Positions 1 through 15,500 of a stretch of DNA of 64,000 bases are shown piece after piece. Every line of letters starts with the position of its first letter. Position 1 is the stretch's first letter. The notes beneath the pieces were generated by a model that did no database searches, was not told the DNA's origin, and saw only the letters and a program-made list of their open reading frames with translations. This DNA comes from Phoronis australis (lineage: Eukaryota > Animalia > Phoronida): the NCBI GenBank assembly GCA_002633005.1, contig NMRA01000330.1, positions 186,001 to 250,000 on the forward strand, written 5' to 3'. A program made the translations under genes and the position numbers.

Positions 1-1672
1 ATTGGCCATTTGGTGTGACATTTTTTCCGGATTAAGTTATAGATAACAGATTGAACTTCCTTGAAGGATTCCAACGACATTTGGAGCTGAGGCACATGAC
101 GCTCCGGCACCGTTAAGTTTTATGGCGGAGTCAACTAATGTAGCGCTCGATAGTGGCCATGTTGATTTCGACAAGGGGCTTTCAAAGTGTTGTTTGTGGG
201 AGGAGCGCTTCCGGGTGATATCTCGAGAGCCGATTGACGGATTCTTGGTCATTAGCAGTATGGTACAACCAAAATGTTACCTTTTGGGGCAGAATAAATG
301 TACTTTTGCGCTATCCAAAATAATTTATTTCAAGAGTATCTTGGGTTTAAATAGCGCAAATAGGGCAAGGGTTAATACCCCGAGAGTTAGGCAAGTGACT
401 GAATACCCATGGGAATTCCTGACATTGGTTTAGAATCCTTTTCAAGGAAGGAATAAATTGAACATTCATACACCCCATGGTGGGTGGACTTTTCCAACAG
501 ATGCCGTGTAACTTTCGCAGAAAGCGTAGGTCACGCTTGCCCGCTTACAGAGTATTATTTTGTTTTAGAGAAAATGATGGGAAAGTCATTTTTCGGTATC
601 TGTCAATAGGCCAAACCCGGATTTGGTATCCTTTTAAAAATGCAAGAACGTACTTAGTTTCGTATTCGTAAGACATGCGGGCACTTTCGCATGCGCATGA
701 AATCAATAGTACCCGGAGGTTGTTTTCAGTATAGGTACTGCACCACTCAGAGCATCTAATAACCCAAGTATCGTTTACTTTTGCATGCAAAAGTATAAAA
801 AAATAAACCTGGTCTCGAAATTTCATATATTTTCGTTGTAGTAAACCTTCTGAGTAGTGAACCTTCACAATAGTGGGGCTCAGTCCTCATTTCCAGCGAT
901 GTAACACGCAAAAATACAACCAGATAAAAATTTCGTAAAGTCATTCTCAGACTAAAGAATTCCGTCCGAGTGCGTATTTAAGCACGCCCGATTTGAAAGT
1001 TTGGCGGAAGGTAACGCGAGAACGTTCTCTTTCTGGGCCACATTGTAGACCCGAATTTGACGCTCCTTTTAAAGTTTGCGAGCAACCGTCGCGTCACGGC
1101 ATCCTCATTTCCGTCTCATCTCAGGAACACAGAGCTGAGAGTCATCATTGTGTATGCAGATTTCCCCTACCCCCAAATTATCAAGTGCGTCAAGGGCCTT
1201 ACTGAAAACTATGCCGGGTCGACCTTTGCAAAATATCAAAGGTCCACCGTTCCAGAAATTCGAACCACTCACTGCTTGGAATGTTGAGCTGATTGTGCAA
1301 AAGTTTTTACTAGTAAATTGGGTTAAGCGTTTACAGGATGGAAACAATACAGAATGAGAAGCCTTTTACAACTACATTAAAAATTGTCACTGAATATACA
1401 CAGCAGGACAGAGTCAATTGTAAACTAGGTAATTTGAAAAAACTAAAGATAATTATATTCATTGATAAAAATATATTTTTTCAGTTGTTTCTATGAGGTA
1501 CGCGTCATTTTTGTAAAAGATCTTTTAGATTTTGAAAATAAATTTCTGTCTTGGGAGGTCCTGAAGGTAAGATAGAAGTTGTCAAATTGGATAAGAGCTT
1601 TGCCTTGAGACAAACGATGAAATTGCAGTCTCCAAATATAGAGAATTCCAAGTCACATTGTATAAAATCTTT

Positions 1673-1818
1673 AAATAGTAAAACCAGTAAAACTAAAATG
1701 ACGAGCGTCGGTACTAAAATATATTAAAATAAATTATCCCCACGTGTCGAGCGATACGTGCGTGGGGATATATTAATATATTTTAGTACCGACGCTCGTC
1801 ATTTTGGTTTTACTATTT
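1673..1818. mobile_element. Foldback/palindromic MITE (~145 bp)
   Basis: Left arm agtaaaactaaaatgacgagcgtcggtactaaaatatattaa (~1686-1727) is the near-perfect reverse complement of ttaatatattttagtaccgacgctcgtcattttggttttact (~1773-1814); inner stem tatccccacg/cgtggggata. Confidence 0.7.
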
Positions 1819-1839
1819 TATATTTTTATTCGACGGTAA

Positions 1840-2300
1840 CTGCACGGCATTGCAACATCTATTTGATATAAAATCTTTCAAATCAAATCAGCTTGATACC
1901 CAGTATACGAAAAATATTTTACTTTCGAAAATTCCCCCGTCTCTTGATGTAGAATACAGATTGATTGTTCTTTCAGAAAACAAATTAATCAAATCTAAAT
2001 AAACCGTAATTACTTCCTCATGTGAGAACATTTAAATATAATTATATTCATAGAAAGATCTCTACCAAATTTATTAAAAAATTAGACTAGTTAGCGAAGA
2101 CACATGTACATATTGTGGAGCTGTAGAAATCTTTGTCCACATGTTCATTGAATGTAATTTGTTAAAAGCCTTGTGGTATGACGTTCATAGGTTAATACCC
2201 AACATAGATACGCAACATACTCTTAACTTGAACAAGGAAGAGATACTGACTGCATATTGATATTTTAGAATCCGATGTGATTAGGTCACTAGTATATCAA
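1840..2300 (+). mobile_element. Decayed L1/Tx1-type LINE ORF2 C-terminal fragment (zf-RVT/CCHC)
   Basis: Interrupted translation gives PHVRTFKYNYIHRKISTK and SEDTCTYCGAVEIFVHMFIECNLLKALW, matching the R-x-F-x-Y-K...H-R and C-x2-C-x7-H-x4-C-x6-W pattern of L1/Tx1 ORF2 ends; stops and frameshifts present; boundaries approximate. Confidence 0.55.
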
Positions 2301-3563
2301 TCATGCGTCATTATTTTGATTCAGTGTTGCTGAGGGTCAACCTAAACCAACCTAGAAAGCATTTAAATATTATTTTTGTAACTAAACTGCCACACAAAAC
2401 AGTCTCAATCTCGAGATATTTGAAACTACGTAATTATAGCCTTTTAAGGCACCCTTAACAATTATTTGAAGCAGCAACAAAACAATTCAAATCGTGTTCA
2501 CATTATTATTTGGAAGCACTGTGCGTGTGTGTGAATGTTTTTCATTTCAATTACTTATTTTCATCAATAAATATTAAAAAACAGAGGAAAATTACATTTA
2601 TACTGTAAACTTAGAAACCTATGTTAATGAACAGATAAGACTGATTCTTTCAGAGGTGACAGACATATATAACGTGCACGTGGAGTCTTTTAAAAGCATC
2701 GAATTTTCCACGCCTTATAACTAGATCAGAACATAAAACTTGTAATGGAATCAAAAGCTCATCTCATTCTTGATTAACTCCCCGATCTTATCGTTACCTC
2801 AGTGCGCTAATACCAAGCAAGCTGCTGACGTCACGCACAGACTAAGCTGCTCATCGACTTATCAACGCTGCCGTCTGGTCGTGATGACATGAGTAGCGAA
2901 TCTAATAGGTTGCAAAGCATTGATGGTGAGCTTTCGCAGTGGTCTGAAGTTTGTCTAAAATATATACTTGACTTCCAATGATAATTTATGGGTGTTTAAC
3001 CTTCGTCCTACTCCTTTTAATGATTGGAATGCCCAAACTCAACTCTGAAGGTCAACATGAAAGGCTTCTTTCCACACTTATAAACAAAAAAGTGGAACAG
3101 CAATCCTTTCAAAAATTTCGGTCTTAGTTATTCAAATAACACAATCATAGTGACGTGGGTTCATATTTGTCACATGGTAACATATGCATAAGTGGAGGTC
3201 CCTAAGGAGCGATATGTTTAAGCCTATAACTTCAATAATCAAGTCCTGTATAATGACATTTTGATGTTAGTATTTGTATCTTCAGGTGTACAGAGTCAAT
3301 ACACTCCCAAGCTTCACAACATCAAGGAATAAACATTGGTAAAAGTCACTCATGTGAAACATTCTTTACTACAGCCACCTGGTGGTCATTTAGAAATAAG
3401 CAATCATAATTCCATCACTGACCAACAGAGGTAAATTTCAGTGCTGAACCTAGCTGCAGGTACTTTGATAACGACACAAAAAAGGAATTTTTTGCCTCAC
3501 TAAAGAGAGATTCGTGAATCACATACTCAGCCAACAAAAAATCATTTCATCCTATGCAATAAT

Positions 3564-6500
3564 TTAAATTTGACAACCTTTACTGATGTCAAAATCAATA
3601 GTTCTCTTATTTCGTTTGATAAATTCTACAAGTTCTGTCTTTCCCAAACTTGTAACCACCTCTACAATATTCATTAAGTATCTGTCTGATTCACTGGTTG
3701 AACAAGAAGAAATGCTCTGATAATCCTGTTCTTTGAGCAGACGACTGTAGTTTGTTTGATCTTCAATAGATGGCGGCCACTGCAACAGAGTTAGAATTCA
3801 ATCAATTTACATATGACAAGGAATGAGAAGTAGGCAAAGTTTAGTTCAAGTTCCAAACTCGCTACATTCAAAAATATAAACTAAAAGATTTACAAAATTA
3901 ACTGAAATCCATCTCAGCAGTAAAGAGACAGCTTTATGTCTGGAATGCAAATGCATAAGAAATTCAATCTGTTTCATGGCACCTTGTACTTCGACAATAG
4001 ATTTGCATAAAAACCGCTGTCATCCCTGTTGTGTAGAGCAGATCAATTGCCGCATTAGCGATGAATTTCTAGCAACAAAACACTGCTTAAAATAAATCTA
4101 TATACCTTAGACTAAAACTGGTGATTTTTCAAATTGTATGAATTCCTTGTGCAAAATTATGTTATTATTATTTCTACCAGAAGAAATACTGACCATTCCG
4201 GGCTTGGCTATTCAATAATCCATAGGGGGTAAACAAACAATTATAAGATGTTCTCAGCCAGCACCACAACCCCTTTGTTAATCTGCACTTAGTTATGGTG
4301 TGGTTAGTTTCACAGTCCAACTAGGACAGTTGTATGACTAAGAGCAGGGTTCACAAAGAATTGCTTTAAATTCATTTATCATGCATCTCATTTTCAGAAG
4401 GCCTATTGTGTGTCAATGTCACCCGTGGTTTACAACCATCAACAAAATTCTAAGCCACTATGCAGACTAGTTACCACCTCTAAGCCCGAAATGGACAGAG
4501 TTTGGACAGTTGGAACACAAGAACTTTTATATACTTAGCTAGTTGCTTATGAGGAGCTCTAGAAAAGTGCATCATTTGACCACTGACCATGTCCTTGCGC
4601 TGACAGTCTGCTCCAAGCATCACCAGCCGGCGCACAATATCCTCTTTGTTTTTAAGCAATGCGATGAAGACCAGATCACAGTAGTCTCTCAACAGAGGGC
4701 ATGCTTCATTACATAGCTGAAACAAATTAAAGCAACAAAAGTTTGACTTGGTATCAAACAAATCGCTCTCTCCCTCCCTCCCTCCAATCTCCTTCTGTCC
4801 ACACCCTCCCCCCCCCCCTCCACCTCTTTCTCACCCTATTGTCGTCCCCAGTGCTTACAGCTATGTTTATGATGGGCAGTCTGATTACCCAACTTAATAT
4901 CCAGAGAACCACAGCATCAACGGAAGCAGTGAGATTCCATTGAAGATAGCGGAGGATTGTACAGTTGGCAAACCCCTCAACTTGCCCAAACTCGACCATT
5001 TAGAGTGTCAGGACTCCTTTCATGAAAATTTAGAATCCTCGATTACTGTGATACACATTAGTGAGCAGATACTCACTCCTTTATTAAGCAATCTTAGGTG
5101 TCCAAGCCCCACGTCTATACATTATCAAACAATCTGCACATAAGCACCAATTTGATGAAAATTTTTGAAACGAAAAATTATTCTGAGCAACCAATAGCAA
5201 TATCTTGAATTCACCCATCATAAAGTATGTTTAATCTTCTGACTTACAATAACAGGAAACGCTGCCACTGGGTATTTAAATCCCTTTAAAGCGTTCATAA
5301 ACTCAGCCAATCCACCGTCAGCACTACAAATGATCTCTCGCAGTTGTTCATATTTGTCCAGGCACAGTACTTCCATTTTGAGTGTATAAATACGACTGCG
5401 CTCACCAGCAACGAGTGACCCCTCTTGACAATCGGAGGTGCCATCTAACAGATCCTGGGGAGTCCTCCAAAGTACATCCCTGTCGTCAAGACGACATCCC
5501 ATATCAAGTAAATGGCTTCGCACTTCCCCTCCCCCCTCACCAACAGAACATGCATAGTGCATACACGTTCTCAGCATGTTGTCTTTGGCATGAATATCAG
5601 ATGCACCTTGGGATAGCAGAAACTTGACCACGTCAGCATGATTGAATAAAATCGCTAACATCAACGGAGATCTTCCACCCTAAAAAAAGAAGACAAATAA
5701 AACCAAATCAAGCACGTTGTGACGAAGAAACGACAACAATTTGTGTTTTTTTTTCTATTTTATTTCAATGCGGAGGAGAAATTTGCAGCAAAACAAAAAC
5801 AACATTTTTCATAAATGGTGCCCTCTGCTCTTACATTGGCATAAGGACACTTTAATCACATCTAACATAACAATCATAATCAATGGTTCAAGACACCTTT
5901 CACACATGTCAAGCTTTGATTCTGTTGGAGAAATCTCTGCAGCGAGCAATTCCGAAACTACTTACGTAATCCGCTAAATCTTAGTGAATAGACAGCAATA
6001 AATAGTTTAATTGAGCGATATACATGAAAGCTTGCTTTAAATTAATCATAAGGACCTTGATTTCCATTCTGTCACCTCCAAAACAGTCACATGTGCGGTT
6101 TAATTTCTTAGATTTATCAATGATTCATAAAAACGAATTGCAAGAACTTGCCCCCAGTGAAATTGATTGCTCATGCTTTATTTATTGACAACAGCATTTG
6201 AGGACACCATTCTTGAATTGAAGACAGTGCACACTATCATTCATTAGGCAACTGCTCGCATGCTCAGTTGCGACACGTCCCCACCAAGCCTCATACGATG
6301 GAGGCTCTTGGGGTACACGGTCCCATGCACCATCATACAATGGAGGCTATTGGCTATACATCCCTCCCGACCCTCACACAGTGTACGATGGAGGCTCTTG
6401 GGGGTACACGTCCCCACCTTCATTCAATGGATGCTCCTCACAGGGGTACAAGGCAGTGCATTAATGACACTCACGTGGTCTTTAGCTCTCAACAGCATGT

Positions 6501-9500
6501 CGGGTCTGTCGCAGCTTTCTAACAAATGTGACATAGCACCAAGATCACCTCGACAGATGAGGCGATGAAAGCGTTTGACATTGTAAGACGGAAGCCATTC
6601 AATGAATCGAAGAACATCATCTGTCTCATTTCCAGCAGCATATAACCAGGTGTCCCTGTGCTGCAAATGGTGATAACATATTCATGTTCACTTTGTAATT
6701 CACTCCATGAAAAAATATACGTCCATCATTCTACAGGTTGTTATGTGAGATATTTAAACCGAAACTCCAAAAATTGAATACAAAACTCAGCAAACACGAG
6801 CTTACAGGAATTTTAGAACACAGAAAAAATGTATCTTTCACTGGTCAGTGGATACAAAATACAAATTTGAGGTACTTCAATCCATAATTCAAGACACCAT
6901 CAATTTAAATTTTCAATGATGGAGTTTTTCCAATTGTTTCTAAATTACGGACATAACTTCTCATTACTTCTAGGAAAAGTTCAATTTTAGGCGTCGGTGA
7001 CATAAAGACATTTGTGCAGTATCGGGAGTTATTGTTCATTGAATGAAGAGCTCATGGTTTAGCGAATCCTAATATTCTAGTCATAATGTATATTTATCTC
7101 TTGTGTAAGGCACCAATGACTTACATTTAACTCAAAGAAGAAGCCTTTATACGCATCACAAGCCAGTCGTTCTAACACGGCCATATTGGATGACCGGATG
7201 TAGCCAATCATGACCTTGTCGATCTCTTCCACGACATCATTCTGATGTGCAAATCTGGCGATGTCTCGTGCCGACGCTCCAGTCTGTTAAGAACATGAAA
7301 AATAATGCTAAATGTCAAAAATCAGAAAGGAAATGTTGATAAAGTGTAGCACGGCCACAAAGTTATTAAAAATTAGTACAGTGGGATCAGAAATAAATTT
7401 TTCTGACCCTCCTAAGAGCACTCATTAAGTTCTTTTACTTGCACACTCACTGTCAGATTCTGATTTTATCTAAAATTGCTTAACTTTATTATGTTATAAA
7501 TTTTAGACTCCATTATAACGTTATTAATCATCTCAAATCATAACATAATAACCTAATTTTAAATGCAAAGGAAACATGATATCTAATTACAACAAACAAC
7601 GATGGATTCAGCTGCTACTCATTGTCTGCTGTGCTACTTTGTTCAAATTCCGATCAGTCAAAATCATCAGAATCTTCCAAAAATGGAGTTTTTTCCCGTG
7701 AATACCATGCACATTCGTCCAAAGGTTCTCGCTCACACATGTCGTGAACACATCCACTAAAACAAGAAACTGTAGGAACACTGCATTTATCCACCTTCAC
7801 TCTTATCAGGCTTCTATTGTGAGTCAGCATGCGTGAATAATTGGCTGATAAGCCACCTCTGGAACTACTTTGGGCTGAATGGATGACCAGGCCATAAAAT
7901 GATAATTAGCCAAGACCAGTTACTATAATGCAACAAAGAACAAGTAATAATGTCTTGCATCACCTAGCCTTGGTGGAAAGCTGTATACTGTATTGGCTCA
8001 AACAAACGCTTAGAAAAATTCATTTCACGGGGAGGGGACGCTTATTGTAGTGAGCCTACGGCAGTTGAAACCCGGTTTCCCAAACGGGTAAAATCGGAAG
8101 CTAGGATTCATCAAATTNCAGCTTGGCGGCATCCCTTTGAGCATGAGCCGAGCGCGTCTCAGCCAAGGTGGATAAATACGGTCTAGTTCAATTTTCCATA
8201 CCCCGCCGTTTACCTTAAACACCGGGGTTAGAACCAATTTTATTTAGTGGGAATGTTCATAGCATGACCATCGGTCTAATTTGCCCTAGTACCTTCCTGT
8301 TGTGTGTTTCATTTTCAGCAAGTCACAAACATTTTTAAGTCTGGTCTGCACGCCACCTGTTGGCTACATCATGTGACCTAATGAACATAAGTCTAAAGAG
8401 ATTTCTGTCCCGGTCTTGTAATCGATATTTTCACTTGACTTACAAATTCATTTCAGCAAGTCAGTGAAACACAACCGACATTTCCAAATAAAAAGAATTC
8501 AACAATGACAACACCAGAGTGTATCAAACAATCACAAATTAATTCTTTGATAAAAATCCTTTTTCACTTACCACATCCCTGGCAGCAATGTCCACACCAC
8601 ACTGCAGGAAATGAATTACAAGGTCAAGGTCAACATCGCCATCACTTCTGTCCAGTGTGTAGATCAGAGCTGTGCGGCCTCTCTGGAACACAAAGTGATG
8701 CTTGAGGAAATTCTGCCAGGAACCCTATGAAATTTAAAGTCAACCTCCCTTCTGCCCAAATACACCATGGTAAAATCTTACCAACTTCGGATGAAGATAA
8801 CTGCCAAAATTACCACTGTTTCGGTTTTCAAGGTCTTTTCCCTCAATTTTTCAAAAAATTATCTGAAGGTAGCTATGGTGCAGAACATGTACATGTTATA
8901 TATCTTTATTAAAAACAGGAAATTTCTTTACTGACAGTTCTTTTTTAGTGAACAGGGCTTGGAATGACCAATGACAAAAAACGCGGAAACTTTTACGGCC
9001 CAAACCATGCACGCTACCCGGCCTTGAAATGGTCGATGTGAACCTTTCCCCGACAAAAATCCGGAGGACTAAAAAAAAAAGAAAAAAAAAACGTTACCAC
9101 CATCAGTAGCATGCGTCTGCGTCCTTTTAGCTCGTCCGTCCACTCCCAACATGCACATTTTTGGCGGCAGAGCCGTAGTATTTGTCGCCGCGGTTTACAA
9201 TATGAGACGCCATTGAAAATCCCACCACGCTATCCCAGATGCCCTGGCAATGTTAACAATTTATGTTCCTCCGAAACATAAAGAGCAACTTCCGCTTTTC
9301 GAGGTGAACGTCGTCTGCAACGCCGCGGTAAGAAAGGAATTTGCCGAGGAAATTTTATATCAAATCCGTTTTTTTTTACGCAGAAATATAATAAAATGCG
9401 CGGACAGAACATTTGAAAAAAGCGGAAATCCGCGTTTCCGCGGAAAATTCCAAGCCCTGAGCGAAAGAAGTTTTTACTGGAAGTTCTAATAGTAGGCATT

Positions 9501-12500
9501 GACAGTCAGATCTCAGAAATCAATGAGACTATAAGATTATATTTTTTGAAACTTTGTTGGCATGTTTTAAGATCAAATTCAAAATTTCACATCATTCCAG
9601 CTTCTTGACATAAATTGGTAGTGAAGACTCTAAACTGTACAGCAACGATTGGCATGAAACTTGTGGATTTTAGGACCTTAGTTCACACAGCCTCCGAGAT
9701 GGGAGCCGCATAAAAAGAAAACCACAACTGACAGCCTCAATCAAAGCTTTAAGCACAGGGTGGCCCAAAAATGTCACCCATTCTGATTTTACACTGTGTT
9801 TAAATCTTTTTAATTATTTTTCTCAAAAACATGCCAAAAAACCATGAAAATGTTGCCTACAACCGATAGCTCTTCTATTTTCAATTGTTAGTATGTCTGG
9901 TCAATTCTCAGATCATGTTCTTATTGGTGGAAACTATTGACCCATATGTGTGAATGAGACATAAAATTACATTTAACATACCTCATCTCGTAAATTTATA
10001 TCGATGTCAGCTCGGAGTACTTCAAATGCAAGCTTCTTGTTCAATTCCTTTTTCGGTTTGATCACTTCAAAATACAAAGGGCCCTGGAAAGAAAGTGTTC
10101 CACATTTCCTACTATATTAAACTGAATGAAACAGGCATTTGTATCCATAGTAACTCCAGATTTGACAGAACTTTCCAGCTGTTTTGACATCAACTAACTT
10201 GATTTCTGACACAAGAGATAATCTGTTATAACCTGCAGAGTGCCAGCTGGTCTGGTGAACCCTAGAGACACATCAGATGTAAGCAGACTATGACGGCAAG
10301 CCTGGTGTAGAGATGGCAAGCCTGGTGTAGAGACGGCAAGCCTGGTGTAGAGACGGCAAGTCTGGTGTAGAGACTCTTAATGAGAATCATGGAAACTCCA
10401 ACTGGTAATCAGAGGTTCTTCAAAATTCACCAAATGGTCATCCAGAACTTGACAACCCACCAGATGGTCATAAGGTACTTTGTGGGACAATAAGTCAAGT
10501 CTGGTTCCACCTTGCATGAATATTAATCAGGTTCACATGTCCTTGTAGACTAATGATACTCTCAGCAAGAGACTTATTTGCCTACGCTGGCAGTCAGAAC
10601 TTAGTCTTGTTGCAGCAATCAAATAAACATGCAGAGTTTTTAACGTGCTGACCCACACGTTGGCTAAATTGACCGATAGGATTAACGTTTTATGCCAGAG
10701 TTAATTGACCCATTGCGGTGTTTTTAACCACATCTCTGAGGCACATACCTTCAGATAACAATTAATGTGTACAGGTGTGTTGACATGGGCCCCCGCTCTA
10801 CACAGCAGTCTGGTAGCCTCAAGATCGCCCAACTCTATGGCATACTGCAGGATGTGAGGCTTGAGTGACGCCTACAACGATGATAAAGGGAAGGCTTAGC
10901 TCATCAAAGTTAGCTGTGATTGACACTCAAGATGAAAAGCCCAACACGGATGAACTACAATAACCAAATTCACAATTTTTTAAACATGGTACTAGTTTCA
11001 AGTTTTCATTTTGTTTTAAATATTATGCAGTTGTCAACCATCATTTTTTCTATATTATAGCAAAAAGATATTTATAGAGGTATCACTGTCAGTAACACAT
11101 TCTAATACAGTAACTATTTACACATGTCTTCCTCAAACCGCTTTGTGATGGTGAAGTGGTACCACCATTTCTAAAATCTCTAGGTCTATTTACATTGACC
11201 ACAATTAGTGTACGACATAACCGCACTCTTTCTTATAAGAACGCTGTAACACCTAAAGATGACGAGAGAAAAGACGACCAAAATGTCGTGCCAAATAGGC
11301 AAGGAATTGCTGTGATCAATAGATTTTAGAAATGATGTGTTATTTTACGCATCCCATTCACCTGACCTTGTAAAGAGAACTGACATCTGCTTTAACACAT
11401 TATCGACAAACTTCCATAAGAGGTTAAAACTTATGCAGGAATGTTGGTATGTGGCTTTGTGAACAATGTGGCTTGCAAACCGCTATATTGCTAAGATCTA
11501 GCCTGTCTGTGAGCATTGTCCATAAATGACACAACAATCCGTTAGCATTAGAAAACATTGCCAGATTTGTTATTAACATAGAAATCAATTAATAATGGTT
11601 CCTAAGCAACAAAATGCCACCCACAAATAGTAATTTTCTAATATTGTAATATTGATACGATGAGTTCAGAGTGACCTCTGATCACAAATGATGAGGTCAA
11701 TCCTGTTTTGGTACTTTTCTCCTGAAACGGAAGGCACCATTGGTGTTGTTTTTCTAATCGAAACAAAAAGAAAATGACAAAGAGCATCATGCCATGATCA
11801 ATCACATAATTTTCAACTATGATACTTAAACTGAGAGGTGTTTGTGATGCAATGCATGTGCCGGTGATTAATCTAAGCACGAGCATCCATGGAGTGATGA
11901 ACTCAACAAAATCTCTACTTTGTCTTTTGGGTGCAGTCGACTGTGACTATATCAAATTCAGGTCATGTATTTAGATTCATAAAGTTTGAGATGGCTTAAC
12001 GTCAGCTGGGCCGTTGTGTTCTAGTCATGATGAAGATTTACCAGGTGCTATTAGGCCTTACCTCAGCCTCGGCTAATTTGCTACTTATACCAACTATACT
12101 ACTGCCCTCTAGTGGTCTGACAAGAGTGGATAGTAATGGTCCTGTAATGGATGGTGGAGATGTGTGTTCAACCAGTACCTTATTCAACAGATTTACGTCA
12201 CAAGGTGACCTCTCGAGGCCATACTTGATACTCTTCAGATCGCCTTCCAATACGCCGTAAATCACAGCCTAAAATACACAAAAGGCCACATTAATCTTTA
12301 AACTATCATATTTCTAATGGACATGTTTCACTGAGATCCATACTAGTGAAAAACACAATAAGAGATATGCAACAGAACTCCTTAGCATTGTGAGAGCACA
12401 ATATCACTGAGCATTTTGACCCAACTTCAAATTCTGACTGTCAAGATGGGCAGAGCTAACAAAACAAAATTTCTTGACTTCATTCGCAGGCACTAAAAGA

Positions 12501-15500
12501 CATCAACTTCTGAATGTATGATAACTGTTGTGATTTGACAAGCAAGCTCCTAGACTTTTATGATCAGCTCGTCTGTTTAGGGATTAGGGAACAGGCATTG
12601 GCTAATGATAACTATTGCCTTATCAGGATACTAACAAAAAACACAGTTAATGCAGGATATTTTGGCACAGCGGTTCATAAAGTCTGAAACTGTTATTAAA
12701 CATTGTGCCCTCCCAGTCTTCATAAAAATCGATCAACTACAGCAGAATAAAAGTAGAAACTTGTACATATCAACAGCTGTTCCTTTGTTGAGTACTCCCT
12801 CTGTTGGCTACTCCCTCTGTTGGCTTCCTGAGACATAATAATAGGTTGGCTAGGTTTATGTAGTACCTAATTGCACAGCAGGGCACTTATCTAAATGAAC
12901 CCTCTGCCGAAGCATCTTAGAAAACCCGACTCATTTTAGGCTGCGCTCAATGACTAAAAAAACCAACAACTGACTGTATAAATATCACGCAAGGTCTCGT
13001 GCATTTTTTAAAAAGTTGAGCAAAGGTAGGTATGCAAGGGTAAGCAAGGTTTGAAACGTCATAAATTTCCAAGCAGTGAGTAGAAAAAACAATTTTTCCT
13101 CTTCTCAGGTGAGTTTGACTTTTTTAAAAAGTGAGCAATTAAAAATGCTACACCACTGACTCGATTTTCAAAAAAGACAGAGAAAAATGACTATCCATTT
13201 TGGACTAACCCCAGAATGGATCCATCGGACCAATCAATATGACTTGTTTCTATGTTAACTATCTTTAACTCCAGAGTGGGTCACTCAGTTCTAGTCACGT
13301 ACAATGTAAAACCAGATTATGGTATTGTCCTTAAGACAATGGCGTAACTTTATTGTTAAAAGAAACCTACTTGTGTAAACCTAGCTTCATCCAGAATACT
13401 ACAAATATCCCACTTTCCTTGGTCAGCAGCAAGCTTTCGAGCAGATACACCATTCTAAAACAATAAACATCTTTCAGTCTCTAGAACCATTGCCATCAAA
13501 AGATGACATTTCAAAACTAAAAGTCAAATTTGAGTTTCCAACATACGACTACATTTGGCACATGCCTAGGCAAATCAATAATGTACAAATGAAATGAGGC
13601 AAAGTCACTGTAACAGTTGTTTTGCTATCAACACACATTTTTTTGGCAAATTTCATTAAAAAGACATGGTCATATGACCCAATTAATGGCATATTGGTAC
13701 AAAGTAAGTTAAAGTCTACTGGCATTCTCATTCAGAAAATATACAGTAGTCGCATGTACTGTACTGGTTAATTTCTATACTTTTGTAGATATTTGGCCAA
13801 ATGCAGTCTTCTTGATAAGGTCCTACAAAACCTTAGGCTTGTTGATCAACAAAACGGATTGAAAAAGTAGTTTGCTGGATTATGTTTTGGAGACCATTTC
13901 CTGTGCTATTGAGTTTTCAGGATTCAAACATGTTTCACAACTCGTTTTAATGGGACACAGTGTCCGCAACAGTCAGATATAACATGGCCTCATTGTGAGA
14001 ACTAGCTTGAGGCCCATTATTCAGGGGAGAAAACTGCTATTAGCCAAAGAATTGCCTACCTTACTGACAGCCACCTTACACCAGCACTGAATCAGTTGTT
14101 GCAGTCTCTTACAGTCATTAGTTTCTACACATCTGATCACACCGGGGGAGTACTTCTTGTGCCACTCATGCCAGTACATGTTATTATTGGACACTTCATT
14201 AGCTGTCTTACCATCCTGGAACATAGATATGAATATAGCCTGAAACACAGCCATGAGAAAAGAGTAGAAGGGTGCATTACAGATTGAAAAGTCCTCGCTG
14301 CGAGAAATCTTCAATACGGAATGGAAACTTGGAATTTTCTACAGTCAGCCTGGTTGACCAATCACTTCACTGACGGCCATTTTGCAAGTCTATGCTTAGC
14401 TAAGGCATCTAGCTAACTCATGAAACACTTGCCATTCACTCAGGTGATTTGAAATGGTTTCTCAAAACTCACAAGAAAATAATTTGGAGAAGCACACCCC
14501 TGGGTGACTTTAGAACTTATGTTTCACAATAAGCACTCCCAGGTGTCTCAGGTAAGGTACCCACTGCCGAGCTCATCAACTGAAAAGTGGTCCCACTCTT
14601 CCCTGTTTAGGATTCCAGAGCGGAAACAATAGGGGGGGTTGGCGCATTATTAAGGACTCTTGTATCAGAAGGATCTTAATACCTACAAAGAATCCATTCA
14701 AATGCAATTTCAGGAATAGGTAACATACACATATGACATAACTAAGACCTTAATCAAAGTACAAGGCTTAAAAAATCCAAATATGGTTTACTAAATCATA
14801 AAATACGCAAAATTGTAAAATGTGTAAACACTGTTGAATGAAGAAAAATGAAATTTTTCAAACATCATGTGACCTAAAAATTAGTCCAACTTTCATCGTG
14901 AGCACCAGACCTGATCTTGGATGAAAGGATCAATCCCACAAGCCATCAGCTCAGGAAGGTGACAAGGCTCACCACAGAGGGCAGCAGTGTGCAAAGCTGT
15001 GTCACCATGCTGGAATAATATAGATGTGTTGAGAATTATAATAATGTTCAAGATAATCGTAAAAGTTAATCAAAATTAAACAGAAAAAGATATTAATTTA
15101 GTGACATTTTAAGCTACTCTACTGTGAAAATAAGCGTTTCTGTGAGGTTCTATACAATAAAAGTTTATTTCTCTCATGCGAATGACTGTAAAATATACAT
15201 GCAACTCTACTACGGTACTCTTTATATCATGTTATTGATATCATTGTATTGCTATGAATGCAAGTATTAACAGTAAAGTTCTCCAGTTTGGGACAGTGAA
15301 AAATTGATTATTTTGCTCAAGGTCAGAGCTCATACCAAATTTTAGAAATACTCTATTAGGATGTAAGAAAATTTACAATGATTCTATGAACTCCCAAGTC
15401 TATGTTCAGACCCTGTCAATACAAAGCAGTGTCTGAAATTTTAGAAATATGATGAATGCCAAAATCGACTGTGTCCCAATCTTTAGATTACCGAAATTTC

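Noticed and set aside
3564-3581. C-terminal KGCQI of the ankyrin protein as a CaaX prenylation motif
   Set aside because: The Cys is third from the end, not fourth.
10292-10374. Regular short repeats resembling a CRISPR array
   Set aside because: Contiguous units with no unique spacers, inside a eukaryotic intron, and no cas genes.
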